Below, piece after piece: positions 30,167 to 40,618 of a stretch of DNA of 64,000 bases. Made by a program: the position numbers and the translations under genes. The stretch's first letter is position 1; the number at the start of each line of letters is the position of its first letter. The DNA is from Fermentimonas sp. (GTDB taxonomy: Bacteria > Bacteroidota > Bacteroidia > Bacteroidales > Dysgonomonadaceae). Location: assembly GCA_028709385.1 (NCBI GenBank), contig JAQVXD010000002.1, positions 43,721 to 107,720 of the forward strand. The letters are read 5' to 3'. The notes below the pieces were generated by a model. The model worked only from the letters and a program-made list of their open reading frames with translations. It had not been told where the DNA came from and did no database searches.

Positions 30167-30351
30167 TTGTATTATGTCAGATTCTTGTTACACTTTGTTA
30201 TCTAGAAATCAGAAAAATTACTCTTTTTTAATAGAATTGTCATATTTTCAACTATCTTTGCGAAAAGCGTAACAGAGAAGCTGTTATCACACCAAGTTGA
30301 TAACAAAGAAATCATCCGTTATAAAATCAAAACATCTAAAAACATTTTATC

Positions 30352-31413
30352 ATGAGATCATCTACAGCCATAAGTTTAATTGTAGCAATTTTCCTTGTAT
30401 GTTTTACATTTTCGTGCAGTGAAAATAAGCAGGGTGCATCTTCAGAACTACCTAAAAATGACGTTTCTGCATATTTGGGTCAGTGGACTTTCGATATTGC
30501 CAACAGTTCTGTAGGCTGGCTCCAGGTAAGACAAGAAGAGGGCTATCTGGATGCTGATATAATGTGGGTTGCCGGAAGCGTCTATTACGGTTTACCTTAT
30601 GTATTTACTGCAGGGGACAAATTGATTTTGGGAAGAAATCCGAGAAATATTGTATTATCAAGAGATGTAGAGGGTGAGCCACTATTAACGAAGAGCTACC
30701 CCACCTGGATAGAGCTTAAAAGTGAAGGGGATAATATTTCGGGATATTATTTAAGCCCTAAAAGAGATGGACTGGGAATAGATTCTGTTTATTTCGAAGG
30801 CAGTAGATTACCTGATATGGAAGTTGCTCCCGATATGTCTGATATAGTATATGGAGAACCCATAGCACTTATTAATAATGACGATCTGACCGGTTGGCGG
30901 TTGATAGAGGAAGGAGCCGAAAACGGCTGGTCGGTTACAAATGGTGTTTTGATAAATAATCCTGTGCAAGCCGAAGGTCAGCCTCACATAAGTTACGGCA
31001 ATCTACGTACAGAGAATGAATTCGAAGACTTCAACTTAAAAGTTGAAGTTAATACTCCTCCTCAAAGCAACAGTGGAATTTATCTTCGAGGGATGTATGA
31101 AGTGCAGGTAGCTGACTCATATGACCGCCCGTTAAACTCAGGTGGCAGTTTGGGTGCTATCTACACAAGAATCGAACCCGGCGTGAAAGCTGAGAAACCG
31201 GCAGGAGAATGGCAGGATCTGGACATTACACTTTATAAACGTCATGTAACTGTCATTTTGAATGGAGTTACTATAATCGACAATCAGCCGGTTTACGGAC
31301 CTACAGGTGGAGCTATTCAATCGGATATTTCTGCTCCGGGGCCAATCTATCTTCAGGGTGATCACACTGGTATATCTTACAGAAACATAGTTTTAACCCC
31401 GATTGAAAATTAA
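30352..31413 (+). CDS. DUF1080 (3-keto-disaccharide hydrolase/hydratase family) lipoprotein
   Basis: Lipobox FSC; LTGW, FEDFNLKVE, SNSGIYLRG.YEVQV.DS, GEWQ, GPIYLQGDH, YRNI. TATCTTTG at 30253-30260. Confidence 0.9.
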   Translation: MRSSTAISLIVAIFLVCFTFSCSENKQGASSELPKNDVSAYLGQWTFDIANSSVGWLQVRQEEGYLDADIMWVAGSVYYGLPYVFTAGDKLILGRNPRNIVLSRDVEGEPLLTKSYPTWIELKSEGDNISGYYLSPKRDGLGIDSVYFEGSRLPDMEVAPDMSDIVYGEPIALINNDDLTGWRLIEEGAENGWSVTNGVLINNPVQAEGQPHISYGNLRTENEFEDFNLKVEVNTPPQSNSGIYLRGMYEVQVADSYDRPLNSGGSLGAIYTRIEPGVKAEKPAGEWQDLDITLYKRHVTVILNGVTIIDNQPVYGPTGGAIQSDISAPGPIYLQGDHTGISYRNIVLTPIEN

Positions 31414-31428
31414 ATAGTTTTAAAACGT

Positions 31429-32787
31429 ATGAAAACACAAAACTCAAATATAATCAGCAGAAGGGATTTTATCAGTACCTCTGCTCTGGCAATTGGCGGG
31501 TTAACAATCGTTCCGGCTCATGCAGTATCTGGTTTAGGTCATCAGGCTCCCAGCGACACTTTGAATGTTGCCGGTATTGGAATCGGGGGAATGGGACGAG
31601 GTGATATAGAGGACATTGGGAAAACAGAAAATATTGTTGCACTTTGTGATGTGGACTGGAACAATACTGTAAATAACGTTTTCAGCATTTACCCTAAAGC
31701 GAAGAGATACAAGGATTATCGTGTGATGCTGGATAATCAGAAAGATATTGATGCTGTAATTGTTGCAACACCTGATCATACTCATGCCATTATCAGTATG
31801 GAGGCGATAAGAAGAGGTAAACACGTTTACACTGAAAAACCTCTGACACATACTGTATATGAGGCGAGAATGCTCACTGAAGCCGCCCGGAAATATAAAG
31901 TGGCAACACAAATGGGAAATCAGGGACAGGCGGGTGACGGTCCCCGCAGATTACAGGAAATGATTCATGACGGTGTGATTGGTGAAATCAGGGAAGTTCA
32001 TGTTTGGACAGATCGGCCAAACAGAGGATTGTCGGATACATACTGGCCACAAGGAGTAAGACGTCCTGAAGATACACCACCGGTGCCTGACACTCTCGAT
32101 TGGGATTTGTTTACAGGTCCGGCGCCATTACGCCCGTACCATCCTTCTTATCATCCTTTTAAATGGCGTGGATGGATAGATTATGGTACAGGAGCACTTG
32201 GAGATATCGGTTGCCACTCCTTTGACTCTGTTTTCAGAATTCTCAAACTAAAATACCCAACAAGTATTCAGGGTACATCAACATTGGTAAACGGTGAATC
32301 ATTCCCGTTGGGTTCTATTGTTACCTATGATTTCCCGGCTCGTGATGATCTGCCTCCCTTGCGCCTTACATGGTATGACGGGGGGTTACGCCCTCCTCGT
32401 TTAGCTGATATAGATCCTGAACTTCAAATGGGTGCAGGTGGCGTTTTGTATATTGGCAGTAAAGGTAAGATTTTAGGCAATCGAATTTTACCACAATCAC
32501 TGAACGATTCTTATACAAGGCCTGAACCTTATATTAAATCTTCTCCCGGACACAGGCAGGAATGGATCCTTGCATGTAAGGGAGGTGATCCAGCAGGTTC
32601 AAATTTCGACTGGGCAGGACCTTTAACAGAAACTGTTTTGTTGGGTAATATAGCGCTTAGACCTGAGCTTAGGGAAAAAATGAGTTTTCAGAATTTGAAT
32701 TTTGACCCTGAAAAACTAGCTTTTCCGAATATGCCTGAAGCAGATCAGTTTCTGCATTATCAATATCGTGAAGGTTGGAAATTATAA
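31429..32787 (+). CDS. Gfo/Idh/MocA NAD-dependent oxidoreductase, Tat-exported
   Basis: SRRDFI twin-arginine motif; GIGIGGMG, ATPDHTHA, HVYTEKPLT, QMGNQ, GALGDIGCH. Confidence 0.92.
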   Translation: MKTQNSNIISRRDFISTSALAIGGLTIVPAHAVSGLGHQAPSDTLNVAGIGIGGMGRGDIEDIGKTENIVALCDVDWNNTVNNVFSIYPKAKRYKDYRVMLDNQKDIDAVIVATPDHTHAIISMEAIRRGKHVYTEKPLTHTVYEARMLTEAARKYKVATQMGNQGQAGDGPRRLQEMIHDGVIGEIREVHVWTDRPNRGLSDTYWPQGVRRPEDTPPVPDTLDWDLFTGPAPLRPYHPSYHPFKWRGWIDYGTGALGDIGCHSFDSVFRILKLKYPTSIQGTSTLVNGESFPLGSIVTYDFPARDDLPPLRLTWYDGGLRPPRLADIDPELQMGAGGVLYIGSKGKILGNRILPQSLNDSYTRPEPYIKSSPGHRQEWILACKGGDPAGSNFDWAGPLTETVLLGNIALRPELREKMSFQNLNFDPEKLAFPNMPEADQFLHYQYREGWKL

Positions 32788-32883
32788 CTTACTTTATTTA
32801 CCAAATAGTTTTTGTACTTTTGCAGTTTATTATTGATTGATAGAGAATGTAGCTATTCTCAACTAAGTATAAGTTTTAATCAA

Positions 32884-35511
32884 ATGGAAATTGCAAGCAA
32901 ATACAATCCTGCAGAGGTTGAAAGTAAGTGGTATGAATACTGGATTAAGAATAATCTGTTCCATTCAGAACCGGATGAGCGTGAGCCGTATACTATAGTA
33001 ATACCTCCGCCAAACGTAACCGGTGTACTCCACATGGGGCACATGCTAAACAACACTATTCAGGATGTATTAGTCAGACGTGCACGTATGCAGGGAAAAA
33101 ATGCTTGCTGGGTGCCGGGCACCGATCATGCTTCAATTGCTACTGAGGCTAAAGTTGTTAATAAACTGGCTGTTGAGGGAATTAAAAAAAGTGATCTTAC
33201 AAGGGAAGAGTTTCTGGAACATGCTTGGGATTGGACACGGGAGCATGGAGGTATTATACTTCAACAACTGAAAAAACTGGGTGCATCCTGCGACTGGGAC
33301 AGAACTGCTTTTACAATGGATGATATTCGCTCTGAGAGCGTACTAAAGGTGTTTTGTGATCTGTATGATAAAGGTTTGATTTACCGTGGTGTAAGGATGG
33401 TAAACTGGGATCCTAAAGCATTGACAGCTCTTTCTGATGAAGAGGTAATCCATAAGGAGGTTAACGGAAAGTTGTACTACCTGAGATACATGATTGAGGG
33501 AGATGATGAAGGCCGTTATGCGGTTGTCGCTACTACACGCCCGGAAACAATAATGGGTGATACTGCTATGTGTATCCACCCTGATGATCCCAAAAACGCT
33601 TTTCTGAAAGGCAAAAAAGTAATTGTTCCACTGGTAAACAGGGCTATCCCCGTTATTGAAGACGAATATGTTGATATCGAATTTGGAACCGGATGTCTGA
33701 AAGTTACCCCTGCCCATGACGTGAACGACTATATGTTGGGTGAGAAATACAACCTTCCCTCTATTGATATATTTAATCCTGACGGTACTTTAAATGAGAA
33801 TGGCGGCCGCTATGCAGGAATGGACAGGTTTGATGTTCGTAAGCAGATTGAGAAGGATCTTGGAGAGGCAGGATTAATTGAAAAGACAGAGCCATATACT
33901 AATAAGGTTGGTTTTTCTGAGCGTACAGATGAAGCAATTGAGCCTAAGCTATCGATGCAATGGTTCCTGAAGATGGAAGATCTTGCTAAACCTGCTGCTG
34001 AAGCTGTAGAGAATGACACAATCCGCTTTTTTCCCGAGAAATATAAAAATACATACCGCCATTGGATGGAGAATATTAAGGACTGGTGTATTAGTCGCCA
34101 GCTCTGGTGGGGTCATCAGATTCCTGCATACTTCCTCCCTAAAGGGGGTTATGTTGTTGCAATGTCTAAAGAGGAGGCTTTTGCAAAGGCTAAACAGCAG
34201 GTGGATTATGAAATAACTATAGATGACCTGAAGCAGGATGAGGATGTACTTGATACATGGTTTTCATCGTGGTTGTGGCCAATATCTGTTTTTAATGGAA
34301 TAAACGAACCTGATAACAAAGAAATCAACTATTACTACCCTACTAACGACCTTGTGACTGCACCTGAGATTATTTTCTTCTGGGTGGCACGCATGATAAT
34401 GGCAGGATATGAATATCGGAAAGAGCCCTGTTTCCGGAATGTTTATTTTACAGGCATTGTTCGCGACAAACTGGGCAGGAAAATGTCTAAATCTCTGGGA
34501 AATTCGCCAGATCCGATAGAGTTGATGGAAAAATATGGAGCTGACGGTGTTAGAATGGGAATGCTGCTTACATCACCTGCGGGCAACGATTTACCTTTTG
34601 ATGAGTCGATGTGTGAGCAGGGACGTAATTTCAACAACAAAATATGGAATGCTTTCCGATTAGTTAAAGGGTGGGAAGTTGACAATAATACATCTCAGCC
34701 GGAATCATCTAAGATTGCAGTTGAGTGGTTTCAGAGTAAACTGTCAGAAACTATTACCGAATTGGAAGATCTTTTCTCAAAATACCGCCTTTCAGAAGCT
34801 CTGATGCTGCTTTACAAGCTTTTTTGGGATGAGTTTTCTTCATGGTACCTTGAGATTGTTAAACCTGCTTATCAGCAGCCTATCGACAGTGTGACCTATG
34901 AAGCCACACTAAGCTTTTTTGATGATTTGCTTCGGTTACTACATCCGTTTATGCCATTTATCACTGAAGAGTTATGGCAGGCGTTATACAACAGGGAAGA
35001 AGGTGAAAGTCTGATGATTTCTTTTCAGCCAGATGCAGGAGACATTAACAAAGATCTGTTATCTGATTTCGAAGATGTTAAACATATTATTTCAGGTATA
35101 AGAACTATACGTTTGGATAAAAACATTCCGAATAAAGAGGAGCTAGAGCTGGACATTGCAGGTATTCATACCGATTCGTTTAACAGCATCATTTCAAAGA
35201 TGTGCAACCTTACCTCAATCAAACAGGTCTCAGAAAAACAGGCCGGGTCGGCAGGATTTCTTGTAGGCACCACTGAATATAGTGTTCCTCTTTCTGAAAG
35301 TATCGATACAGAAGCTGAACTGCAAAAGCTTGAAGCTGAACTTTCTTATACTGAGGGATTCCTGAAATCAGTTGAGAAGAAACTGAGCAACGAAAAGTTT
35401 GTCCAAAACGCAAAACCTGAAGTTGTTGAGAATGAACGCAAAAAACAGGCTGACGCCGAAAGTAAAATAACATTGATAAAAGAAAATATTGCATCAATTT
35501 ATAAAAAGTGA
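32884..35511 (+). CDS. valS: Valine--tRNA ligase
   Basis: [34 protein letters not shown]-terminal coiled coil. Start MEIASKYNP at 32884, after TACTTTTG (32815-32822). Confidence 0.98.
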   Translation: MEIASKYNPAEVESKWYEYWIKNNLFHSEPDEREPYTIVIPPPNVTGVLHMGHMLNNTIQDVLVRRARMQGKNACWVPGTDHASIATEAKVVNKLAVEGIKKSDLTREEFLEHAWDWTREHGGIILQQLKKLGASCDWDRTAFTMDDIRSESVLKVFCDLYDKGLIYRGVRMVNWDPKALTALSDEEVIHKEVNGKLYYLRYMIEGDDEGRYAVVATTRPETIMGDTAMCIHPDDPKNAFLKGKKVIVPLVNRAIPVIEDEYVDIEFGTGCLKVTPAHDVNDYMLGEKYNLPSIDIFNPDGTLNENGGRYAGMDRFDVRKQIEKDLGEAGLIEKTEPYTNKVGFSERTDEAIEPKLSMQWFLKMEDLAKPAAEAVENDTIRFFPEKYKNTYRHWMENIKDWCISRQLWWGHQIPAYFLPKGGYVVAMSKEEAFAKAKQQVDYEITIDDLKQDEDVLDTWFSSWLWPISVFNGINEPDNKEINYYYPTNDLVTAPEIIFFWVARMIMAGYEYRKEPCFRNVYFTGIVRDKLGRKMSKSLGNSPDPIELMEKYGADGVRMGMLLTSPAGNDLPFDESMCEQGRNFNNKIWNAFRLVKGWEVDNNTSQPESSKIAVEWFQSKLSETITELEDLFSKYRLSEALMLLYKLFWDEFSSWYLEIVKPAYQQPIDSVTYEATLSFFDDLLRLLHPFMPFITEELWQALYNREEGESLMISFQPDAGDINKDLLSDFEDVKHIISGIRTIRLDKNIPNKEELELDIAGIHTDSFNSIISKMCNLTSIKQVSEKQAGSAGFLVGTTEYSVPLSESIDTEAELQKLEAELSYTEGFLKSVEKKLSNEKFVQNAKPEVVENERKKQADAESKITLIKENIASIYKK

Positions 35512-35565
35512 AAAATTGTTCGCTTAAGTACATTAACCTCTTCTGAAAAGTAAAATTTAAATGCC

Positions 35566-36426
35566 ATGATAAAGGATATATTGAGTTACATTTCTGATAC
35601 TGTATCAGAGGACATCAACTCAACCAGGGCGGTAACCGGAGGATCAATCTCTTCGGCTTATCTGCTGGAAACTTCAAACAGGAACTATTTCCTGAAAATA
35701 AACAAAGCTCCGGTAGCAATTGAAATGTTCCACGCGGAACAAAAAGGACTTGATGCGATAGAAAAGACCGAAACAATTTCTGTTCCACATGTGCATTTAG
35801 TAGATTCATTAGAGGGCAAAGCATTTATACTGATGGATTATGTGGAAAACAGACGTCCCGATTCGAATGATTATGCGAGACTTGGCAGGGAATTAGCTTC
35901 ATTGCATATGATAAAGCAGGATAATTTTGGATTCAGCTCGGATAACTTCATAGGGAGTCTGCCTCAAAAAAATCGAATTCACACGAACTGGGTAGAATTT
36001 TACTGGGATGAGAGAATATCACCACAGCTGCAATTAGCTCTTAATGCAGGTTTATTATCCAAAAAAGAGATTCCGGCGAAAGAGAAGAGTATTGAGATCT
36101 TCAACCGCTTCTTAACTGACGTTACACCATCACTTATACATGGTGATTTATGGGGAGGTAATTACCTTATTTCTGAAGAAGGTACACCTTACCTAGTAGA
36201 TCCTGCAGTTTACAGAGGCCACTCAATGGTTGATATTGCTATGAGCAAACTCTTTGGCAGCTTTGGGGATGAGTTCTATAATGCATATCACGAAATTATA
36301 CCTAAATCAGAGTTTCACGATGAACAAATTGACTTGTATCAGTTATATTTCCTGCTGGTTCATCTTAATTTATTTGGGCGCGGATATTATTCTTCTGTTT
36401 CAGAAATTTTGAAAAGATATTTTTAA
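35566..36426 (+). CDS. Fructosamine/ketosamine kinase family protein
   Basis: GGSIS, FLKIN, FGFSSDNFIGSLPQ.N, PSLIHGDLWGGN, DPAVYRGH..DIAM. Confidence 0.9.
   Translation: MIKDILSYISDTVSEDINSTRAVTGGSISSAYLLETSNRNYFLKINKAPVAIEMFHAEQKGLDAIEKTETISVPHVHLVDSLEGKAFILMDYVENRRPDSNDYARLGRELASLHMIKQDNFGFSSDNFIGSLPQKNRIHTNWVEFYWDERISPQLQLALNAGLLSKKEIPAKEKSIEIFNRFLTDVTPSLIHGDLWGGNYLISEEGTPYLVDPAVYRGHSMVDIAMSKLFGSFGDEFYNAYHEIIPKSEFHDEQIDLYQLYFLLVHLNLFGRGYYSSVSEILKRYF
35726..35741. promoter_or_regulatory. Degenerate parS-like site inside the fructosamine kinase gene
   Basis: tgttccacgcggaaca, one mismatch from the palindrome at 42503. Confidence 0.45.
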
Positions 36427-36527
36427 TATATTTTGCTGAATTTAAAATATATTGTACATTTACTTTGTTAATTTTAACATGGTTTCAGGTGTATAATTCT
36501 ATTTTTAAACTCTTTAAATTCAACTAA

Positions 36528-36821
36528 ATGAAGAAAAAAATAATTCGATTAACCGCAGTACTTTTTGCAGCGCTGCTGATGAGCTCATGCTATTCGTACA
36601 CAACCGTTGTTGGAGATGGCGCACAGGGAAATCAACAAATTTCGAAATGGAATCATTATCTGATTGGGGGGTTGGCTCCGATTGGTGTATCTGATCCGGC
36701 AGTGTTAGCCGGTGGAGCACAAGATTATACTGTTAAAACGGAAATGTCATTTGTTAATGGTATAGTTAATTTATTAACCGGTGGAATTTATTCGCCAACT
36801 ACTACTACAATATACAAGTAA
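36528..36821 (+). CDS. Bor/Iss-family small lipoprotein
   Basis: Lipobox SSC; NHYLIGGL...SFVNGIVNLLTGGIYSPTT resembles the lambda Bor/Iss pattern. Confidence 0.75.
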   Translation: MKKKIIRLTAVLFAALLMSSCYSYTTVVGDGAQGNQQISKWNHYLIGGLAPIGVSDPAVLAGGAQDYTVKTEMSFVNGIVNLLTGGIYSPTTTTIYK

Positions 36822-36848
36822 ACCATATATTGTAGTAAATCTTATTTT

Positions 36849-36873
36849 GAAGACCGGTTATTTATCGGTCTTC
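36849..36873. terminator. Stem-loop between convergent genes
   Basis: gaagaccg (36849-36856) and cggtcttc (36866-36873). Confidence 0.65.
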
Positions 36874-36908
36874 TTAATTTATCAATATCGTTGAGTTAAA
36901 TATTCCTA

Positions 36909-37712
36909 CTAAAACTGGAGATATGGTTTAAGTCGCTCAATATCTTCCGGAGTAAATTCAGCAAGCATTGAGAGCTCATCAATACTATTAATACTCCCCT
37001 TCCTTTCTCTTAGATTAACAATAGTTTTTACCTGCTCATAGTCAAGATATGGATGCCTGAGCAAATCACGAAACTCCAGTTCGTTTATATTCAGTTTACT
37101 ATAATTACTATCCTCGAATATATATATTTCTATCCTCCAATACAACTCATCATCGATACCATACACTTCCATAAGCTGCTCTTTATGTACATATCCGCCT
37201 AAAAGATTTTTGTACTTAACAATGCGTGAGGCATAAACGCTTCCTATACCCGGGATTTTTTTCCATTGAGTTGTATCCGTCTCGTTTAACCGGATTGACT
37301 CGCCTGCTTTTAGTTTTTCTGTTCGCGGGTAATTTGTAGCCTGTGTGTAAGGAAGTGATGAGCTTTCTATCGATTCGGATGATTCTTTTTCATCATTGAT
37401 AAAATTGTTGCTTTGATCATTTAATAACCTGCTTTGACTCTTAAAACCATCAGCTTTCTTTTTTTGTGTGTAAGATGTTCCGGGGCTGCTTGTAGGTTTT
37501 ACATTTGGTATAGAATAATCCTTTTTATTTTGAGATTCTCTGGAATTTGAGAACTCGTCTATAATGGAGTCATTTTGATTTATAAAAGATTCTGATGATT
37601 TTTTCTGACTTAAGAGAGTATTAAGTATAAGAGTTAGTAAAATCAGTATCAGCAGGAGAAGTACTGCTGACCGGGTTCCTCTGTTGTAATAAAAAAAATC
37701 CTTCCAGTTCAC
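36909..37712 (-). CDS. ComEA-like helix-hairpin-helix DNA-binding membrane protein
   Basis: N-terminal TM; LNETDTTQWKKIPGIGSVYASRIVKY..LLGGY; second unit LNINE...LLRHPY. Confidence 0.85.
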   Translation of the reverse strand: MNWKDFFYYNRGTRSAVLLLLILILLTLILNTLLSQKKSSESFINQNDSIIDEFSNSRESQNKKDYSIPNVKPTSSPGTSYTQKKKADGFKSQSRLLNDQSNNFINDEKESSESIESSSLPYTQATNYPRTEKLKAGESIRLNETDTTQWKKIPGIGSVYASRIVKYKNLLGGYVHKEQLMEVYGIDDELYWRIEIYIFEDSNYSKLNINELEFRDLLRHPYLDYEQVKTIVNLRERKGSINSIDELSMLAEFTPEDIERLKPYLQF

Positions 37713-37837
37713 TTTGATTGTGTTAATCCATAAAGTTAGTAAATTATATTTCCTCCTTGTTCATAATTCCATTAAATTGTATCTTTGATTGATTTTATTT
37801 AGAATGTCAACTTAATAATCGACGAAACAGCTCAACA

Positions 37838-39070
37838 ATGGTCCTTAATTATATCTGGGTAGCTTTCTTTCTAATAGCTTTTATTGTTGCATTGACAAAG
37901 CTAATCTTCTTTGGTGATGTTCAGGTATTTACTGATATCATGAACTCAACCTACGACACAGCAAGAACAGGATTTGAGATTTCTCTGGGACTAACAGGGG
38001 TACTTTCGCTTTGGCTGGGAATTATGAAGATTGGTGAGAGAGGGGGTATGATTGAGCTGTTCTCGATAGCTGTTGCACCTCTATTTTCAAAGCTTTTCCC
38101 GGATATTCCCAAAAACCATCCTGCTTCAGGATCAATGCTGATGAATTTATCAGCAAATATGCTTGGACTGGATAATGCCGCTACACCTTTTGGATTAAAG
38201 GCTATGCAGGAGCTGCAGGATATTAACCCAAAGAAAGACCAGGCATCAAATCCTATGATTATGTTTCTGGTTCTGAATGCATCGGGACTTACATTAATCC
38301 CGGTAACAATAATGGTTTACCGTGCTCAGATGGGTTCTGCTAACCCGGCTGATGTATTTATTCCTATAATGATTGCCACTTTCGTGGCTACATTGGTAGG
38401 ATTAATTGCAGTATGCCTCAAGCAGCGTATCAATATTCTAAATAAAGAGATTCTTGGATTCCTGCTTATAATGGGAGGTATAATTGCAGGCACAGTATTC
38501 ATTTTTCAGTCAATGCCTCAGGAGCAGGTAAGCATTGTTTCCAGTCTGGTTGCCAACATAATTCTCCTCACCATTATAGTATTGTTTATAATTAAAGCAA
38601 TGCGTCGTAAGATCAACATTTTTGAATCATTTATTGATGGGGCAAAAGAAGGTTTTAAGACTGCTGTATCAATTATTCCTTATCTTATTGCAATACTGGT
38701 AGGAATTGGCGTTTTCCGTGCATCAGGAGCCATGGACTTCCTCATGGAGGGGATCAGGAACCTGGTTGGCTTAACCGGTATGGACACCCGATGGGTTGAC
38801 GGGATACCAACTGCACTAATGAAGCCTTTAAGTGGCAGTGGGGCAAGAGGAATGATGATTGATGCTATGCAGACTTTTGGCGCTGACTCGTTTGCAGGAA
38901 GGTTGTCAAGTGTGCTTCAGGGTGCCACTGATACAACATTCTATATTGTCGCAGTATATTATGGGGCTGTAAATATTAAGAACACGCGTTATACAGTTCA
39001 GTATGCACTACTGGCCGATTTGGCGGGTGTAATTGCAGCTATACTTGTAGCATATCTGTTTTTCGGTTAA
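37838..39070 (+). CDS. SpmA/SpmB fusion (nucleoside recognition 'gate' domain) membrane protein
   Basis: ANMLGLDNAATPFGLKAM, KPLSGSGARG, TDTTFYIVAVYYG; TATCTTTG at 37780-37787. Confidence 0.88.
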   Translation: MVLNYIWVAFFLIAFIVALTKLIFFGDVQVFTDIMNSTYDTARTGFEISLGLTGVLSLWLGIMKIGERGGMIELFSIAVAPLFSKLFPDIPKNHPASGSMLMNLSANMLGLDNAATPFGLKAMQELQDINPKKDQASNPMIMFLVLNASGLTLIPVTIMVYRAQMGSANPADVFIPIMIATFVATLVGLIAVCLKQRINILNKEILGFLLIMGGIIAGTVFIFQSMPQEQVSIVSSLVANIILLTIIVLFIIKAMRRKINIFESFIDGAKEGFKTAVSIIPYLIAILVGIGVFRASGAMDFLMEGIRNLVGLTGMDTRWVDGIPTALMKPLSGSGARGMMIDAMQTFGADSFAGRLSSVLQGATDTTFYIVAVYYGAVNIKNTRYTVQYALLADLAGVIAAILVAYLFFG

Positions 39071-39081
39071 TAATAGTAAAC

Positions 39082-39525
39082 ATGGCAATATCTTTTCAGG
39101 TAGAAAACGTTAAAATACCCGATATCAAGAAAAGAAAAATATCGGCTTGGATAAAAGCTGTGGCAGGGAGTTACAGCAAGAGTATAGGTGAAATAGCTTA
39201 TCTTTTTTGTGATGATGAAAAAATACTCGAGGTTAATAGACAATATCTCAAGCATGATTTTTACACTGATATTATCACTTTCGACTATAGTGAAGGAGAT
39301 CAAATATCAGGAGATATATTTATCAGTCTTGATACAGTTAGATCAAATTCACAATTGTATACTACTGATTATCAGGAAGAACTGCATCGTGTAATTATTC
39401 ATGGCATTTTGCATTTATGCGGACTTGATGACGGAACGGAAGCTGATCAAAAGAGTATGAGAGACGCAGAAAACAAAGCCTTGAAGTTGCTGAATCTGAA
39501 TGAGTGGCAATTTACAAAAGGATGA
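39082..39525 (+). CDS. ybeY: rRNA maturation endoribonuclease YbeY
   Basis: TDIITF, GDIFIS, IHGILHLCGLDD. Confidence 0.93.
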   Translation: MAISFQVENVKIPDIKKRKISAWIKAVAGSYSKSIGEIAYLFCDDEKILEVNRQYLKHDFYTDIITFDYSEGDQISGDIFISLDTVRSNSQLYTTDYQEELHRVIIHGILHLCGLDDGTEADQKSMRDAENKALKLLNLNEWQFTKG

Positions 39526-39566
39526 ATCGTACAGTTAATTGATAACATTTGTAACTTTAAATTAAT

Positions 39567-40517
39567 ATGCCCTACCCTTTTACATTCATGTTTTATAATA
39601 CCGAGAACTTCTATGATACCGAAAACGACCCGTTAACTATGGATGATGATTACACTCCTGACGGATTCAGGGAGTGGACCTACGTACGATACCTTGAAAA
39701 GTTACAAAAAATGACTAAAGTTGTCAGGGATATTGTAGCTCCTGACATACCAGATATAATTGGTCTGGCAGAGATTGAAAATAAATCAGTAATGACAGGT
39801 ATATTGGATAGTCTGAGAAATAACGGGATAACCGGGTACAGCTTTATTCATTATGACAGTCCTGATGAAAGAGGATCAGATGTTGCCTTGATATACAATA
39901 CCCAAACTTTTACAGTAAAGGATTCCAAACCGATAACAGTTCGACTGCCGGGTATAGAAGACAGGACTAGGGATATCCTTTATGTAGCCGGCAAACTTAA
40001 AAATGATGAGACAATTCATCTATTCATTACACATTTCCCATCCAGGAGTGAAGGCAGGGAGAAATCAGAAAGAAGGCGTTATTTTGTAGCAAGTGAACTA
40101 AGGCACGAGGTCTACAGAGTATTAAGCTCCAATCCATCTGAAAATATTGTTATCATGGGAGATTTCAATGATACTCCGGATGATAACAGTATTGATGAAG
40201 TCCTTGGTGCGAAGAAGAAATTTGAAAAAATCGATCCGCTTAAACTCTACAATCTGTTATATCCGAGATATAAAAAGGGAATTGGAAGCACATATCATGA
40301 TGGCTGGCAGTTGTTCGACCAGATAATTGTTTCGGGTAGTTTGTTATTATCAGAAAATATTATTTGTAAACCCGAATTTGCAGATGTTTTTAATCCCCAA
40401 TATTTATTACATTTTGACAGTAGGGGTCAGGCAAAACCCAACAGAACATATAGCGGAAATTACAAAGGAGGCTATAGTGACCATCTGCCTGTATTTATGC
40501 GTATAATGCTGAAATAA
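39567..40517 (+). CDS. Endonuclease/exonuclease/phosphatase family protein
   Basis: YNTENFYD, GLAEIEN, HFPSR, MGDFND, FDQII, GYSDHLPV. Confidence 0.9.
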   Translation: MPYPFTFMFYNTENFYDTENDPLTMDDDYTPDGFREWTYVRYLEKLQKMTKVVRDIVAPDIPDIIGLAEIENKSVMTGILDSLRNNGITGYSFIHYDSPDERGSDVALIYNTQTFTVKDSKPITVRLPGIEDRTRDILYVAGKLKNDETIHLFITHFPSRSEGREKSERRRYFVASELRHEVYRVLSSNPSENIVIMGDFNDTPDDNSIDEVLGAKKKFEKIDPLKLYNLLYPRYKKGIGSTYHDGWQLFDQIIVSGSLLLSENIICKPEFADVFNPQYLLHFDSRGQAKPNRTYSGNYKGGYSDHLPVFMRIMLK

Positions 40518-40618
40518 AGCTCCTTCCGCTGTTCTTATCTGTAATTAACATCCAACATAAACGTAACGTTTTCTTTTTTAGTATCTTTGGAACTTAAATA
40601 AAGTGCAAAGAGTTAAAA

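Noticed and set aside
30072-30272. 66-aa ORF spanning the palindromic repeat
   Set aside because: TTG start, no motif, and it runs through a repeat and a promoter element.
4861-32883. ORF-track starts at 4861, 25727, 27145 and 32812
   Set aside because: TAnnTTTG elements or the expected N-termini point to later ATGs (4888, 25814, 27151, 32884).
35781-35796. tgttccacatgtgcat as a third parS
   Set aside because: Only the left half matches; the palindrome is lost.
36400-37800. Prophage remnant around the Bor-like gene
   Set aside because: No integrase, structural or lysis genes, and no att-like repeats.
40518-40618. Possible oriC upstream of mnmG
   Set aside because: Only about 100 bp, containing a TATCTTTG promoter element and no DnaA boxes.
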